Below the pieces are notes generated by a model. It was not told the origin of the DNA. It was given only the letters and a program-made list of their open reading frames with translations, and made no database searches. A stretch of 63,635 bases of DNA, counting the filler, from Octopus bimaculoides (Eukaryota), in assembly GCF_001194135.2 (NCBI RefSeq). It is 9 parts of 7 records of this genome, joined end to end, with 100 filler letters (N's around TTAATTAATTAA, not from the genome) between each part and the next. Parts side by side here need not be neighbours in the genome. Positions count along the whole stretch, not along the records: positions 9,214 to 27,469 come from NC_069003.1; positions 27,570 to 32,532 come from NC_068986.1; positions 32,633 to 43,320 come from NC_069002.1; 6 more parts are not named here. One strand, written 5' to 3'. How positions within the stretch are numbered: position 1 is the stretch's first letter; every line of letters starts with the position of its first letter. Shown here piece after piece: positions 25,571 through 38,929 of the stretch. The position numbers were made by a program, and so were the translations under genes.

Positions 25571-26386
25571 CTCCAGTAGACCCGGTGCTATTTATAAATG
25601 AAAAAAACAGCACGTCTGGTCAAGGGTTCTGTGACAGAAATACAGCAAAATATCTGTCGGAAAGTTAAAATCAAGGTTCAGAATATCGAGTGCTTAATAA
25701 TTCATTTTGCTTTTATTTGTATCGAAATATAATCGATAATTCATTGTATCTAGTCAAGCTGATAGTGCATTGCATTATAATGCTAACAATGTTTAGCTGT
25801 TTACGGCGATTCATGTTGGCCAAAATATTAGTTCATTAAATATAACTTATGTACGAAAAAAGTTTTAATGCTTTGAATAATTTCTTCTAATCTTTCCTAT
25901 AATTAATATCCTTACACTAATTAATACATTTACATTGAGAAAACGTAAATTAAATAATTTTCGCAAAGAACACAACGATGAAGCATATGTGATATATCGA
26001 ATTAAATAACCGTCGAATGCAAACAAAGCCTGAAGGTTATTGCCGGGCTTCAACCATGCATCTACCGAAGAACGATCATCACATAAGAGGCTTCATTGTC
26101 GTCTCCATATAGAAAAAGGAGTGTTGAGCTCGCAGATAATCTTCAGCCTTTTTTTCCATTCAAAGGAATTTTTTAAACCTAATATATTACATCTACTATT
26201 CGTAGCTGCGTCCTCATCGATCTGCACTTTAAAGATGAGCTGCACCTTTAAACAATGTTTTTACCAATTATCTAGTCCCCCCCTCTACTTTAATTATCTT
26301 CATCTTTTCTCCTTATCTCTACCTCACCATGTCTACTTGTATTTCTTGTTTTCACTGTTTTTTCTCTCTCTTTCCTCTCTTTCTAG

Positions 26387-27432
26387 CCTGTCAACTTTAT
26401 GGTTTGCTGGGCGGTATCTTCGGATTCATGTCAATTAACACCATGGCCATGATCTCCATCGATCGTTACAATGTCATCGGTAGACCTATGGCGGCATCCA
26501 AGAAAATGTCCCATAGAAGAGCTTTCCTCATGATTATCTTTGTGTGGATATGGTCCATTGTTTGGTCTGTCGGCCCCGTCTTCAACTGGGGAGCATACGT
26601 CCCTGAAGGTATTCTTACATCTTGCTCTTTTGATTACCTGTCTACTGATTCTAGTACCAGATCTTTCATCTTGTGCATGTACTTCTGTGGTTTCATGCTG
26701 CCCATAATTATCATCGCTTTCTGTTACTTCAACATTGTCATGTCTGTATCCAACCATGAAAAGGAAATGGCTGCCATGGCTAAGAGGTTGAACGCCAAAG
26801 AATTGCGTAAGGCCCAGGCTGGCCAGAGCGCTGAAATGAAACTCGCCAAAATCTCAATGGTAATTATTACCCAATTCATGCTCTCCTGGTCTCCATACGC
26901 CATCATCGCTCTTCTTGCACAGTTTGGGCCAGCTGAATGGGTTACTCCTTATGCAGCTGAATTGCCTGTCCTGTTTGCTAAAGCTTCAGCTATCCACAAC
27001 CCAATTGTCTACTCTGTTTCTCATCCAAAGTTCAGAGAGGCCATCCAAAACACATTCCCATGGCTGTTGACATGTTGTCAGTTCAATGAGAAAGAATGCG
27101 AAGATGCTAACGAAGCCGAGCAAGAAGTTGCACCATCCGAAGGCGGCGGCGGTGAATCCGCTGATGCTGCACAAATGAAAGAAATGATGGCAATGATGCA
27201 GAAAATGCAAGCACAGCAGGCTGCCTACCAACAGCCACCTCCTCAAGGCTACCCACCACAAGGCTACCCACCCCAGGGTGCCTACCCACCACAAGGCTAC
27301 CCACCCCAAGGCGCCTACCCGCCTCAAGGCTACCCACCTCAAGGTTACCCACCCCAGGGAGCACCACCCCAAGGAGATGCAACCCAAGGAGCACCACCCC
27401 AAGGAGTCGACAATCAGGCTTATCAAGCCTGA
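26387..27432 (+). CDS. Rho: Rhodopsin coding exon 3 (TM3-TM7 and proline-rich tail, TGA stop)
   Basis: Acceptor CTCTTTCTAG ending 26386. Reads (A)CQLYGLLGG..IDRY..VPE181G..SCSFDY..FAK306ASAIHNP..PPQG repeats..NQAYQA*. The spliced CDS is 185+137+1046=1368 nt = 455 aa + stop. The first 19 residues of the ORF-track entry 26329..27432 are intronic. Confidence 0.99.
27235..27410 (+). repeat. Coding tandem repeat, PPQG(Y/A) units of the rhodopsin tail
   Basis: Ten PPQG units plus one ATQG; the proline-rich tail is a known feature of cephalopod rhodopsins. Confidence 0.95.
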
Positions 27433-27679
27433 GGGACAGGACTTTAAAGAATTACTTAGAATTCTGTTGNNNNNNNNNNNNNNNNNNNNNNNNNNNNNNN
27501 NNNNNNNNNNNNNTTAATTAATTAANNNNNNNNNNNNNNNNNNNNNNNNNNNNNNNNNNNNNNNNNNNNATATATATATATATATGTAAAGATAGAGTGG
27601 GAGGAAGAGTACATGTTTCAGATAGATGCATGATTAAATGTATTGCCAAATTGTTAAGAGTGTATCCATGAGTCCAATA

Positions 27680-28005
27680 TCAAATTTGTCCTTTCTTTAT
27701 ATTGGGAATTACCACGTGATATGTGGGATATTTTCCCGCTTTTTCTATCAGACTAAAAATAAAATTCCCATTACAAACTTCAATTCCTTCAAGTACTGTA
27801 AGACATGAGCATAGAAAACCCGTGCTTTATTTGGATCTGCATGCTGTATATGCTTCCGGCCCGCCTGTCTCTCATCAGACACACCACATTCATCGTTCTT
27901 AATTATCGGACGTCGTTAAAACAATTACCAAAGCACTGTGATCGATAGTATAGACTAATTTCCTTGAAAGCGAAGTCATGCATGGCAAAGTGCAATGCCT
28001 GGAAT
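27680..28005 (-). pseudogene. Decayed tandem copy (exons A2 28005-27857 and B2 27795-27680) of the A1/B1 module
   Basis: A2 is 149 nt (1-nt deletion), has an in-frame TAA, and has GA at the donor position. B2 reads LEGIEVCNGNFIFSLIEKAGKYPTYHVVIPNIKKGQI* after a 61-nt intron-like gap. Confidence 0.6.
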
Positions 28006-28063
28006 CTGTAAATCCGAATATATACACACACATGCACATACCTACGTACTTACATACATACAT

Positions 28064-28181
<118 letters not shown>

Positions 28182-28194
28182 GTATGTACTGTTC

Positions 28195-28325
28195 CTATTG
28201 TATCCACGAGCAGATTATCCTTTCAGTAGTCTTCAACGTACAACGCACGATGGAATGTAATTTTCCCACCCTTTCTATCAGAGTAAACATAAAAGCCCAG
28301 TCGTAAATCTCAATTTCTTCTAGTA
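28195..28325 (-). CDS. Putative exon B1 of the same unidentified gene (after a 63-nt intron)
   Basis: Acceptor TTTCTTTTTGTTCATTTTATAG, in phase with A1. Reads (V)LEEIEIYDWAFMFTLIERVGKLHSIVRCTLKTTERIICSWIQ*. Confidence 0.55.
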
Positions 28326-28388
28326 CTATAAAATGAACAAAAAGAAACGCACAGGAATTCAATTGAAAATACTTACGCTATTAGTTAC

Positions 28389-28538
28389 CGTGCAGCCTGT
28401 CTCGCATCACATACAGTTCATTGATCTTTGGTCCTTTTCGGAGGTTGGTAAAATAATTACCAAAATACAGTGATCGATATAGCAGACGCATTTCCTTGAA
28501 GGCGATGTCATTCATGGTCACAGTGCAATGACAGATGT
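28389..28538 (-). CDS. Putative exon A1 of an unidentified gene (150 nt, phase 1-1)
   Basis: Acceptor TTGCTTTTTAGTATTACAG and donor G|GTAACT. Open frame (D)ICHCTVTMNDIAFKEMRLLYRSLYFGNYFTNLRKGPKINELYVMRDRLH; a paralogous copy lies 533 bp away. Confidence 0.6.
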
Positions 28539-28845
28539 CTGTAATACTAAAAAGCAATGTACGTTTTAAGTTGGAAACATTGTAACGACTTCTAGTATAA
28601 CTTATACTCTTACATACACATTCAACCATACACACACAAAAGCAAATATATATAGTCATGAAGAATTAACAGAGACACAACCGCACGCACACACATATAC
28701 ACACTTATTGCATGTAATAATGGACGTGTGGAAGCGAATGTATGTGTATATATGCATATATATTTGTGCATGAAAATGTATAAATCCATGTACTTTTATG
28801 CATGTGCATGCTTGTGCATATGTATCCATTTATCTATCACTCTCC

Positions 28846-28899
<54 letters not shown>

Positions 28900-29607
28900 N
28901 NNNNNNNNNNNNNNNNNNNNNNNNNNNNNNNNNNNNNNNNNNNNNNNNNNNNNNNNNNNNNNNNNNNNNNNNNNNNNNNNNNNNNNNNNNNNNNNNNNNN
29001 NNNNNNNNNNNNNNNNNNNNNNNNNNNNNNNNNNNNNNNNNNNNNNNNNNNNNNNNNNNNNNNNNNNNNNNNNNNNNNNNNNNNNNNNNNNNNNNNNNTA
29101 TATATATATATATATATATATTGATAGAGATATATATATATACGCAAACATACATACATACATACATGCATACAAACACACAGCATGCATACATACATAC
29201 ATACATACATACATACATCATAAATACACACATACATTCATACGTACATATATTCCTAGTCAAGACTAGGATTCACGAGCGAATGGGGCATCCATTTATA
29301 TCATAAGCCCGTGAAATCAAAAGTAATCTTGGATTTCTTCTATTGCTTTTTATGGGAAATAAATCTATTTTGGACTATAGTTTTGTTCAATATAGTGTCC
29401 TTTGATTATAAGAATAATTGCATAACCTTCATGTAACATTTTAAAGGTGAAGTTGTTTTCTATTCCACACCCATCTTGGTGATACTACAGGTGTCTATAT
29501 TCAGCGTCCTAAAGTAAATTTAATGGAATTCTAAACTTCATATTACGTGGAAATATACACAAATGGGAACACTGGTGTTCACTGTATGATTTGTGATGTA
29601 GAGCTAC

Positions 29608-29687
<80 letters not shown>

Positions 29688-29751
29688 AATAACAAAAATA
29701 GATTAAGGTCCCTTAAAGATAGCATCCGTCTGTTATTCGTCTGCTTTATTA

Positions 29752-29828
<77 letters not shown>

Positions 29829-29849
29829 TACTACCACTACTACTACTAC

Positions 29850-29903
<54 letters not shown>

Positions 29904-30928
29904 GATGTTGTTTTTTTTCTTCTTTCTTCAAATTTTCTTCCATTTCTCGCCGAGTGTTTTCCGCTCTTACAGTTTAATTACGATGACACTGAACTATATT
30001 CTTAATAGACGATCTTAGCGTAGCAAGATAGGTCAGTTTGCTTTACATGTCCCTATTTTTTCCATGATGATTCCTTAATAAAATTTAGCTCGAGTCATAA
30101 TATATCTCTATTCAATATGTCTCATACACCGCTTTTTCTCTACTTTTTTCCTGACCGAATTTCACGTTTTCGTTACTTGAATTTACAATCTTAATTTAAT
30201 ATAAAAAAAAAAATTGTTTCACCTTGGTCTTTGATATTCGTATATCAGAACATTGCATAATTACTATATAAACTTCAGAGACACATAATTATGAATCATC
30301 TTATTATTTATGAATTAGTTCTTATATTTGTGTTACATATATTTTCACATGTTTTCGTTCAACTCCTCCATCTTTTGATGATATTTTGTTTCATAAATAT
30401 TGCAAAAATTTTAGAAAAGAAAAATCATAATTCAATAATCATAGAACGACTTGAAAGAACGATAGTTTGAAGCATACTGTTACTCTAATGAGAAATGACA
30501 GCTCTGGTCCGACACATTCCTTTACATAAAGTTACATATACATTCAGTCACGTATGCGCAGCATATTTGTTACACACTTCACACATTCTACCACTTATCA
30601 TAAACACATCTCGTGTTTTAGCTAACGTCTTAGCACCAAGCTAAACAGGAAGCGTTATCGGCCACGCGATGCGCTTATAGCTTCCAAATACCATACCAGT
30701 GATGACAAACTACGTTTTTATTTTGCGAATCGCCTAAAATACCGGATGCGCATAGTTAGAATGTGTGTGGCCATATATCTGCACGCACACATCCGAAATG
30801 TAGATATACAGTGATGTCAATAACAGAGATAATATCCCAACCTTTCTTCCTGGGCATTTAAACCCATAATCCACTGATACTTTTCGTGTAATTTCTTCCC
30901 AGATTTCATGCTCTCTCCTCCTGCAGTT

Positions 30929-30963
<35 letters not shown>

Positions 30964-31231
30964 ATTTCTCTCTCTCTTTCTCTCTCTTACCCTGCTTCAT
31001 AAATATTCTCATATGATCCAAATCTTTTATTCATTTACAGAGTGCTTCACTTTCTTTTATATTTTGGTTCGCATTTATCCTTTTTACCAGCCATTCCTTT
31101 AGTATTATATACTTCCCCTGTTTCATTCTTTCGCTGTTGTTACTTTTCATTGCTTCTATAGACGCATCGCTTTTATATCATTTCCACATTTTCTACGGAA
31201 CAGACCTTTTTCTCATCTTATCTTCCTTCAA

Positions 31232-31262
<31 letters not shown>

Positions 31263-32713
31263 GTAATAATAATAATGGTGATGATGATGATAATAATAAT
31301 AATAATATATTCAGTTACTTTAGTTACTCCCTGGATTGAGTTCATTCTGATTACAAGAAAAAAAACTAAATAGGAGTGGTTGTCTGGTTTAGAAGATTGC
31401 TTTCACGTCACATGGTTTCAAGTTCAATCATGCATATGCATGTGTTATGTGTGTATGTGTGTACCTTTGCGTCTGTCTTTATCACTCACCATCGCTCCAC
31501 CACTTAATACTGTTTTGGTGTGTTTACGTCCCCGTAACTTAGCAGTTCAGCCAAATAAGTACCAGACTTTAAAACATAGTACTAACATGGCTGCAGACTA
31601 ATCGCTGAAACAGTTAAAAGAAAAACAATTATTGCCTATTAATGATTTTAAAATATTTTTCCTGTTAAATCCAGTATCTATTCAGTAGGTGTTCATAAAA
31701 TATGATCTTATGATGTACCAGGCACACACAATCACATATGTACCGATTTATTTCAGACTTTTCCTTCTTGCTTTTGAGTGAGAAGCATCATTCTGTCAGG
31801 CTCGACTTCAAGTTCGTCTCCATAATCCCCTTATATGTCCAGTTGAAACGGGTAACTCAAAAACCTTGTACCTAAGTTCTGAAGATACATGCAGATAAGA
31901 TGTTACTCAAATGTGTTGTACACTGTCTACTTGAGAGATATCATTACAGGACAATATTAGACATATTTTCGTAAAATTGTTCTTCACAAATATATATATA
32001 TGTAAGCGTGTGTATATGTGTGAGTTAGTGTGGATGTGTATGTATGTGTGCATGCGTATTTTCGTGCGTGTCTGTTTAAGTATGAATCCGTACGTGTTTG
32101 TGTGCGCCTGTGAGTGTGTATGTGTATGAGTTTGCTCGTTAACGTTTCCAAGAGCCGTTGGAAGAGGCAACAGGATATCCTACACCGCAAAGTTTGAAAG
32201 TTTGGCATATTATTGTTGTTGCTGTTGTTGTTGTTGTCACCATCATCGTCATCATCACTGTTATTGCTACTAGAACATTAATAACTTGTATAAAATGAAC
32301 TTCTACATAGAACCTTCCAATATATACAGGAATGACACACACACACTCAACAAAACTTCCTTTCTAAAAAACACTTACAGCTTTCTAGATACGGCTAATA
32401 GCGCTGATGCCACAAACAACGTATGTGGTGGAATGTTTGCTTATAAAAACTTGTATATGCACACATGGGAGTAAGGGGACATCCGAGTAAGGTTGTGCAC
32501 ACGAACCCACACATATATATATGCATTGGAGTNNNNNNNNNNNNNNNNNNNNNNNNNNNNNNNNNNNNNNNNNNNNTTAATTAATTAANNNNNNNNNNNN
32601 NNNNNNNNNNNNNNNNNNNNNNNNNNNNNNNNACACACACACACACTTTTATCTCTCTTTCGTTCTCTCTCTTTCTCTTAATTTACTTTTCCTTCTTTCC
32701 CTATATTCTTCCT

Positions 32714-32766
<53 letters not shown>

Positions 32767-33261
32767 CTGTCTTCTGTTTTTTGTTCTTTCTGATTTCTTT
32801 CTTTCTGATTTCCTTCTCTAACATTTCTTTTATCATTCTCTACTTCTTCCTTCTCAATCGTTCTCTCACTCGTTCCCTCTCTTTCCCTCTCTCCTCTCCC
32901 CTCTCTTTCCCTCTGTCCCTCCCCCACCTTGTTATCACTTCCTCATTATCATTACCATTTTAACTGATAACATTTCTTCCAAATAACAGCAGGTTATTAA
33001 AAATTGATTCACCTTTCTCAAAGAGAACAAAAGTACAACACCGTGCTGGCTGTACTTTAGACTTCAACAATGAAGTACAGTTACTAAATCAATAATATAT
33101 AACTTACTTACCCAAATCAATGCCGCTTATCCATTTGAGTTATTTCCCTTACCCCGTGAATGACTTCTTGACATAATGTAAACGCTGCTTTTTGTTGTTG
33201 TTGATGTTGAGTTTCCTGTGAGCTCTGAATAACCAGAGCGATAGTCAAGTGTATCCAAAGC

Positions 33262-33373
33262 GGCGAAGGTAAAGAATACGCACACCACCCGTTTTCGGCG
33301 TTTAGAATTAAGGTTAGGTTTAAGGTTAGGGTTACGCCGAAAACGGATGGTGTGCATATTCTTCAGCTCCGCC
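33262..33373. mobile_element. 112-bp MITE with 8-bp TSD and TTAGGG-like core
   Basis: About 40-bp imperfect inverted arms (33262-33301, 33334-33373). TCCAAAGC is duplicated exactly at 33254-33261 and 33374-33381. The loop is TTAGAATTAAGGTTAGGTTTAAGGTTAGGGTT. Confidence 0.85.
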
Positions 33374-33777
33374 TCCAAAGCATGGCTTGGTCTTCTAATT
33401 CCCAGATTTTCGATCAAGGACTATATTATCCTATGTGGCCTAAGCTTAACACCACCACCTGCTACCTTGTGTGCCTTTAACGATGTCCACTCTGTGGCAG
33501 CTATGCGGCCCAAATTTCTGATTCGAGGCTACCTTCCTTCCACAAACCGCGGCGGATTTGTTAAGGATTACGGATAGTGCTTTCCCTCCTTGCTAACAAA
33601 TACATAAAACGAAAATCATTAGCTTAGACGCCATGTTTTGACCGTAGACATCATGTGTATGCAGACTCTGAAGTAGGAATATATCTGCAGGAGACAAATA
33701 CTGAACATTTAACGGAAGATGGAATAAGTAAAATGAACTGTCAATCATTTGACGTTCTTGATATTATTAGAAACAGC

Positions 33778-34221
33778 AGGCGGTGATCTAGCAGAATCGA
33801 CAGAGCGGCACTAAAATTGCTTAGCGTCAATTCCTCTGTCTTTACGTTCTGAGTTCAAGTTGACTTTTCTTTTTTTTTTTTTTTTTTTTTTTTTTTTCCT
33901 TTTAGCATCGATGAAATAAGTATAAGCACTGGGGGTGAGTTTAATCGACGTAGCCCCACCCCACAAAACTGCTGGCCTTGTATCAAAATTTGAAACCAAT
34001 ATTCTTAGGCGGCGAGCTGGCAGAATCGTTAGCACGCCGGACAAAATGCTTAGCGACGTTTCTTCAGACTTTGAGTTCAAATGTCACCGAAATCGACTTT
34101 GCCATTCATCCTTTCGGGATCGACAAAATACATATCAGTTGAGCACTGGAATCGATCAAATCGACTTACCCCTGCCCCCGAAATTGCTGGCCTTGTGCCA
34201 AAATTTGAAACCAATATTCTT
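33778..34221 (+). mobile_element. Two head-to-tail family A SINEs (33778-34006, 34007-34221)
   Basis: Both start AGGCGG.., contain GAGTTCAA B-box-like motifs, and end GGCCTTGT..AAAATTTGAAACCAATATTCTT. Confidence 0.88.
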
Positions 34222-34364
34222 AGGGAAAGCATAATTGACGCAATATTTTCTCGTATCTGCAAAAGTTTCAGGCGTCAAAAGAATTTTTTGTGTTTTGCGT
34301 CTGTTTTCACCCATACTTTTTTACGCACACTTAATGATTATACGCGAGCGCAACAATACACGCA

Positions 34365-34439
<75 letters not shown>

Positions 34440-35598
34440 ACATACACACACACAAAACAACGCTTCACAGCCTTACTAATCTACGTCACTATACTTCCGT
34501 ACCCGCATGCCTCTACATACATATACACCAGCCTCCCAAAACTACACACTCATACACACACACACTAACAACTACCACCATCCCATATATCCGTTTTCAG
34601 ACAACGACATACACCTGTACTTTCACCTACACAGCCACTCCCATTTTCTTAATCCTTCCCTTAGAACAGTATTCCCATTTTCTTTTTACCCTTCACCGAT
34701 TTTTTTTCTCTCACTAACTTTTCCTCTTCATCACTCCCTCTATACTTTTCTCTGTCATTTGACGAAGGACTAAAATCCGAAACGTTTAGATTCTTTCTCT
34801 ACTAATTAAAGCGTCAAGTTAATACCGTATTTGTTAAACCTAGTCCTCACATCTTCTGCTTTTTTTATTCTTCATTGCATTTACACCTTATAATAAACTT
34901 TATCGGGAATCATTTAAATATACGGTTGAACTAATCCAATAACCTCGTTTCGCCTTCGCCTTCCCAATAGATTCACCTTTTTCGCTTACAAACTTAAACA
35001 CAGTCGTGTATAATTATCTCTCTAGTTGAGGCAGCGGAGTCTGTCTGTATCTTCTACTTCAATTCAGATTTAACGAAAAACCTAACTATATTTTCAGTGC
35101 CGACACGTCAATTTAAAAAGAACCAGAGATCACGTAAAGGAGATGAAATCATTCTGCAGTGTATGACTTACACTAATCAGTGTGACACCACGGTAGACTT
35201 GTCCCAATGAGTTAATGACAGGTGATTTATAGTAAACCATTTTCAATGGTATTTTACTACTAGTAGCAGTAGCCGGCCATTGCCAAAGACAGATAATGGT
35301 AGTGGTAGCTGCGGCAGGTGTTGTTGGTGTTGTTGACGGTGGTAGCGGTGGCGGCATCAGGTTATGATGGTGGTGGTACTTGTAGTAATAATGGCAGTTG
35401 TGATGGTAGTGGCAGGGGTGGGTGCAGGGACGGGGATGTAGGACGCGGCGGAGGGGGTGATGGTGATGATGGTGGTAAGTTAGTAGTAGTAATAATAATA
35501 ATGAAAATTATGGTGGTGATGGTAGTGATAGTATTAATAGTAGTATTAATATTAGTAGTGGTAGTAGTGACTGTGGCGGTGATGCTGGTGCGATGATG

Positions 35599-35637
<39 letters not shown>

Positions 35638-35800
35638 GCAGCTGCAGGTATGCTTGAGATGATAGCGACTTTAATGGTAGCCGTGGTCATAGAAACAAGC
35701 GATGATGATAATGATGAGGATAGCAGACATGGTAGTTGTAGTGATGATGGTAGCCGAGGAGGTGGTTGAGGCGGTGCTCATGGAGAAGCTGTTGTTGCTC

Positions 35801-35832
<32 letters not shown>

Positions 35833-36396
35833 GGTGGTGGTGGCATCGGCGGCGGAGGTGGTGGAGATAATGGTGCTGATGGTAATGATGTTACAAGAGA
35901 CAGGGACAATAATTGGCGACGACAGCNNNNNNNNNNNNNNNNNNNNNNNNNNNNNNNNNNNNNNNNNNNNNNNNNNNNNNNNNNNNNNNNNNNNNNNNNN
36001 NNNNNNNNNNNNNNNNNNNNNNNNNNNNNNNNNNNNNNNNNNNNNNNNNNNNNNNNNNNNNNNNNNNNNNNNNNNNNNNNNNNNNNNNNNNNNNNNNNNN
36101 NNNNNNNNNNNNNNNNNNNNNNNNNNNNNNNNNNNNNNNNNNNNNNNNNNNNNNNNNNNNNNNNNNNNNNNNNNNNNNNNNNNNNNNNNNNNNNNNNNNN
36201 NNNNNNNNNNNNNNNNNNNNNNNNNNNNNNNNNNNNNNNNNNNNNNNNNNNNNNNTTATTTATTCATTCATTTATAATACGCCACCACAACCACCACCAC
36301 CACATCTATCGACACCGGTGGTGGCAGCGCCAGCAACGACTGCGTCATCATGAACGGCAAAAAAAAGAAAGAAAAGAAACACTACTAAAATTATCT

Positions 36397-36450
<54 letters not shown>

Positions 36451-36641
36451 CAGATGTCTGGTTAAGAATCTTGCTTCTCAACCACATGGTCCCGGGTTCA
36501 GTCTCACTGCGTGGCACCTTGGGCAAGTGTCTTTTGCTATAGTTTCAGGCCAACCAAAGCCATGTGAGTGGATTTGGTTGATGGAAACTGAAAGAAGCCT
36601 GTCGAATATATATATATATATACACAGACAGACAGACAGAC

Positions 36642-36714
<73 letters not shown>

Positions 36715-37110
36715 TGGCTGTGTGGTAAAAAGTTTGCTTCCCAAGCACATGGTTCTGGGTTAGGTCCCACTGCGTGGCACCTCGGGCAAGTGTCTTCTAC
36801 TATAGCCTCGGGCCCACCAAAACCTTGTGAGTGGATTTGGAAGACGGGAACTGAAAGAAGCCCGTCGTACAAACATAAACGTACATATATGTATGTGTGT
36901 GTGACCACACCTCTTGACAACCGGTAATGGTTTGTTTACGTCCCCGTAACCCAGCGGTTCGGCATAAGGACCCAATAGAAATAAGTACCAAACTCTAAAA
37001 CAAAACTACTGGAGCCGATTCGTTCGACTAAAAACTTTCAAGGTGCTGCCCCAGCATGGCCTTAGTCCAATGACCGAAACAGGTAAAAGATAAAAGACAA
37101 AAGATTAAAG
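36715..37110 (+). mobile_element. tRNA-derived SINE (family B) with CORE-like motif and internal microsatellite
   Basis: TGGCTGTGTGGTAAAAAG head, GCACCTCGGGCAAGTGT core, GAAAGAAGCCCGTCG, CTTGACAACCG, CCCCAGCATGGCC and an (AAAAGA)n-like tail. A 5'-half copy lies at 36452-36605; other pieces at 965-1140 (-), 11125-11218, 31489-31625, 53360-53446 (-) and 53950-54052. Confidence 0.85.
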
Positions 37111-38265
37111 ATTAAACAAAATTAAAAACAAAAGATTAAAGACACTGGGGTTTAAGGTTAACGAAGCACGTCCTTTCCCTCTATGTCATTGGGAGAAATG
37201 AATAGTATGAGCAGCAGCAGTAACAGTAGTAGTAGTAGTTGATATGGTGGCTGCGGCAGCGGTGGTAGTGGTGATGATGATGGTGGTTGTAGCAGCATCA
37301 GCCACAGCAGCAGCACGTCATGTGACCTAGGGACATCTGAACTACCGCAGCGACCCCTCCTATCCACCCCCACCCCCCCGATTAATAATAAAATCTCATC
37401 TAACCTTCTGATGTCAACCTGTCAACATCTCGCATCGTCGTATCTCTTTCTTTCCTCTCCCTCCTCCTCCTCCAATATCCAGTAAGATTTAAACTGAAAC
37501 AGCAAGTAATCGTGATGGACAAAGAGACCCCTACCCTAACCCCATTCCCTTCTTAAACATCTTGAGCGACATCTACAATCCAGATAATTAATCATTTGGC
37601 TAGATTCCACGAGATTAAGTTGATCTCTTCTGTTGCTTCGAAAGATTAGGGGAAAATCTGCAAAACATTCCTTCTTCACACAACTTTCCGACTAAAATTC
37701 ATGGCTTTTCCTTCGATTACGTCGATTTTGCAGAATAGACGAAAATACAGCCGAGAAGTTAGGCACAAGGCTTGCAATTATAAAACGATGTGTGATTCTT
37801 TAATTGATAACCGTTGAGTTGAGAACTAGACTGGTACTTTGTTTAACATCTGGAAGAGGTAATCAGTGTCTTCAGTGGGTTTTGAACTCATTATGTAAAG
37901 CGCTGGAAGAAATACTGCAACGTGTTTTTTTTTTTGTTTTGTTTTTTTGATTTTTGTTTTTTTGACGTACTACGGATTTGGATGTGAGACATCTTGTCAC
38001 AGCATTTTTGGCGCCGGCTGTTTGGCGTCGCTGATTCGACGCTGACTTATTTGACGTTTTAACGTTTCTCTAGTTCTCTCTCTTTCTCTCTCATTCTCTC
38101 TCTTTCTCTCTCTTTCTCTCTCTTTCTCTCTCTTTCTCTCTCATTCTCTCTCTTTCTCTCTCTTTCTCTCTCATTCTCTCCCTGTTTATGTGTGAGAATA
38201 TTTTTCTTTATGCGTATGAGGAGAGAGAAAAGGTTTATATCAATCGTGCTCAAATAATACATTTA

Positions 38266-38309
<44 letters not shown>

Positions 38310-38640
38310 TGAGTATGACGTTAAACTGCACCCGGTGGTGAGGTTCCAGTTCGGGAGTTCTGGAACTGTAGGGACCATAGAGTCACACCTTAATCACCAT
38401 TATTCTCAGATCCGCCTGACCCAATACAGTAATATCTGTCAGGGTCGCATCTTGGGGTTATATATATATATTTTTGCAAGGATAGATTGAGCTCCTTAGC
38501 TGCAGTGAAAACAATCAGTCTTGGAGAAGGAGAACTCTAAGACTAATACCTTCTTCCATTCCTAAGCCAGCATGGAAGAGTATGGCTGATGAAACTAACA
38601 TGAGGTGTGTCCACTAACATAGATTTATACTACAGAGGCA
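38310..38640 (+). mobile_element. Unclassified interspersed-repeat-like sequence
   Basis: GC-richer block (GTATGACGTTAAACTGCACCCGGTGGTGAGG..CAGTCTTGGAGAAGGAGAACTCT) resembling SINE/RTE-related octopus repeats from memory; single copy here. Confidence 0.35.
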
Positions 38641-38929
38641 ACTATCTCATGTTAGTAGTAGGGGAGAGTCATACCCATATGTTGAGAAGAATTCTTTGAG
38701 GTTTGGATAATTTGCCTTTGGAAACATGGCTGTTTCATTCAACATTCTTAAACAACCCTTATTCAGAGACCACTAACACCACATCAACCAACCACCACCA
38801 CCCTGTAGACACACCCGCTACGTCCATCATCACGACAACCACCACTGCCACTAACTATCATCCCCACCATCACCACTACCACCACAACCACCGTCACTAC
38901 CACCACCAACGCAATCATTATTGCTCTGT

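Noticed and set aside
26986-27426. Antisense ORFs over rhodopsin exon 3
   Set aside because: Shadow frames of the GC-rich repetitive tail; no independent evidence.
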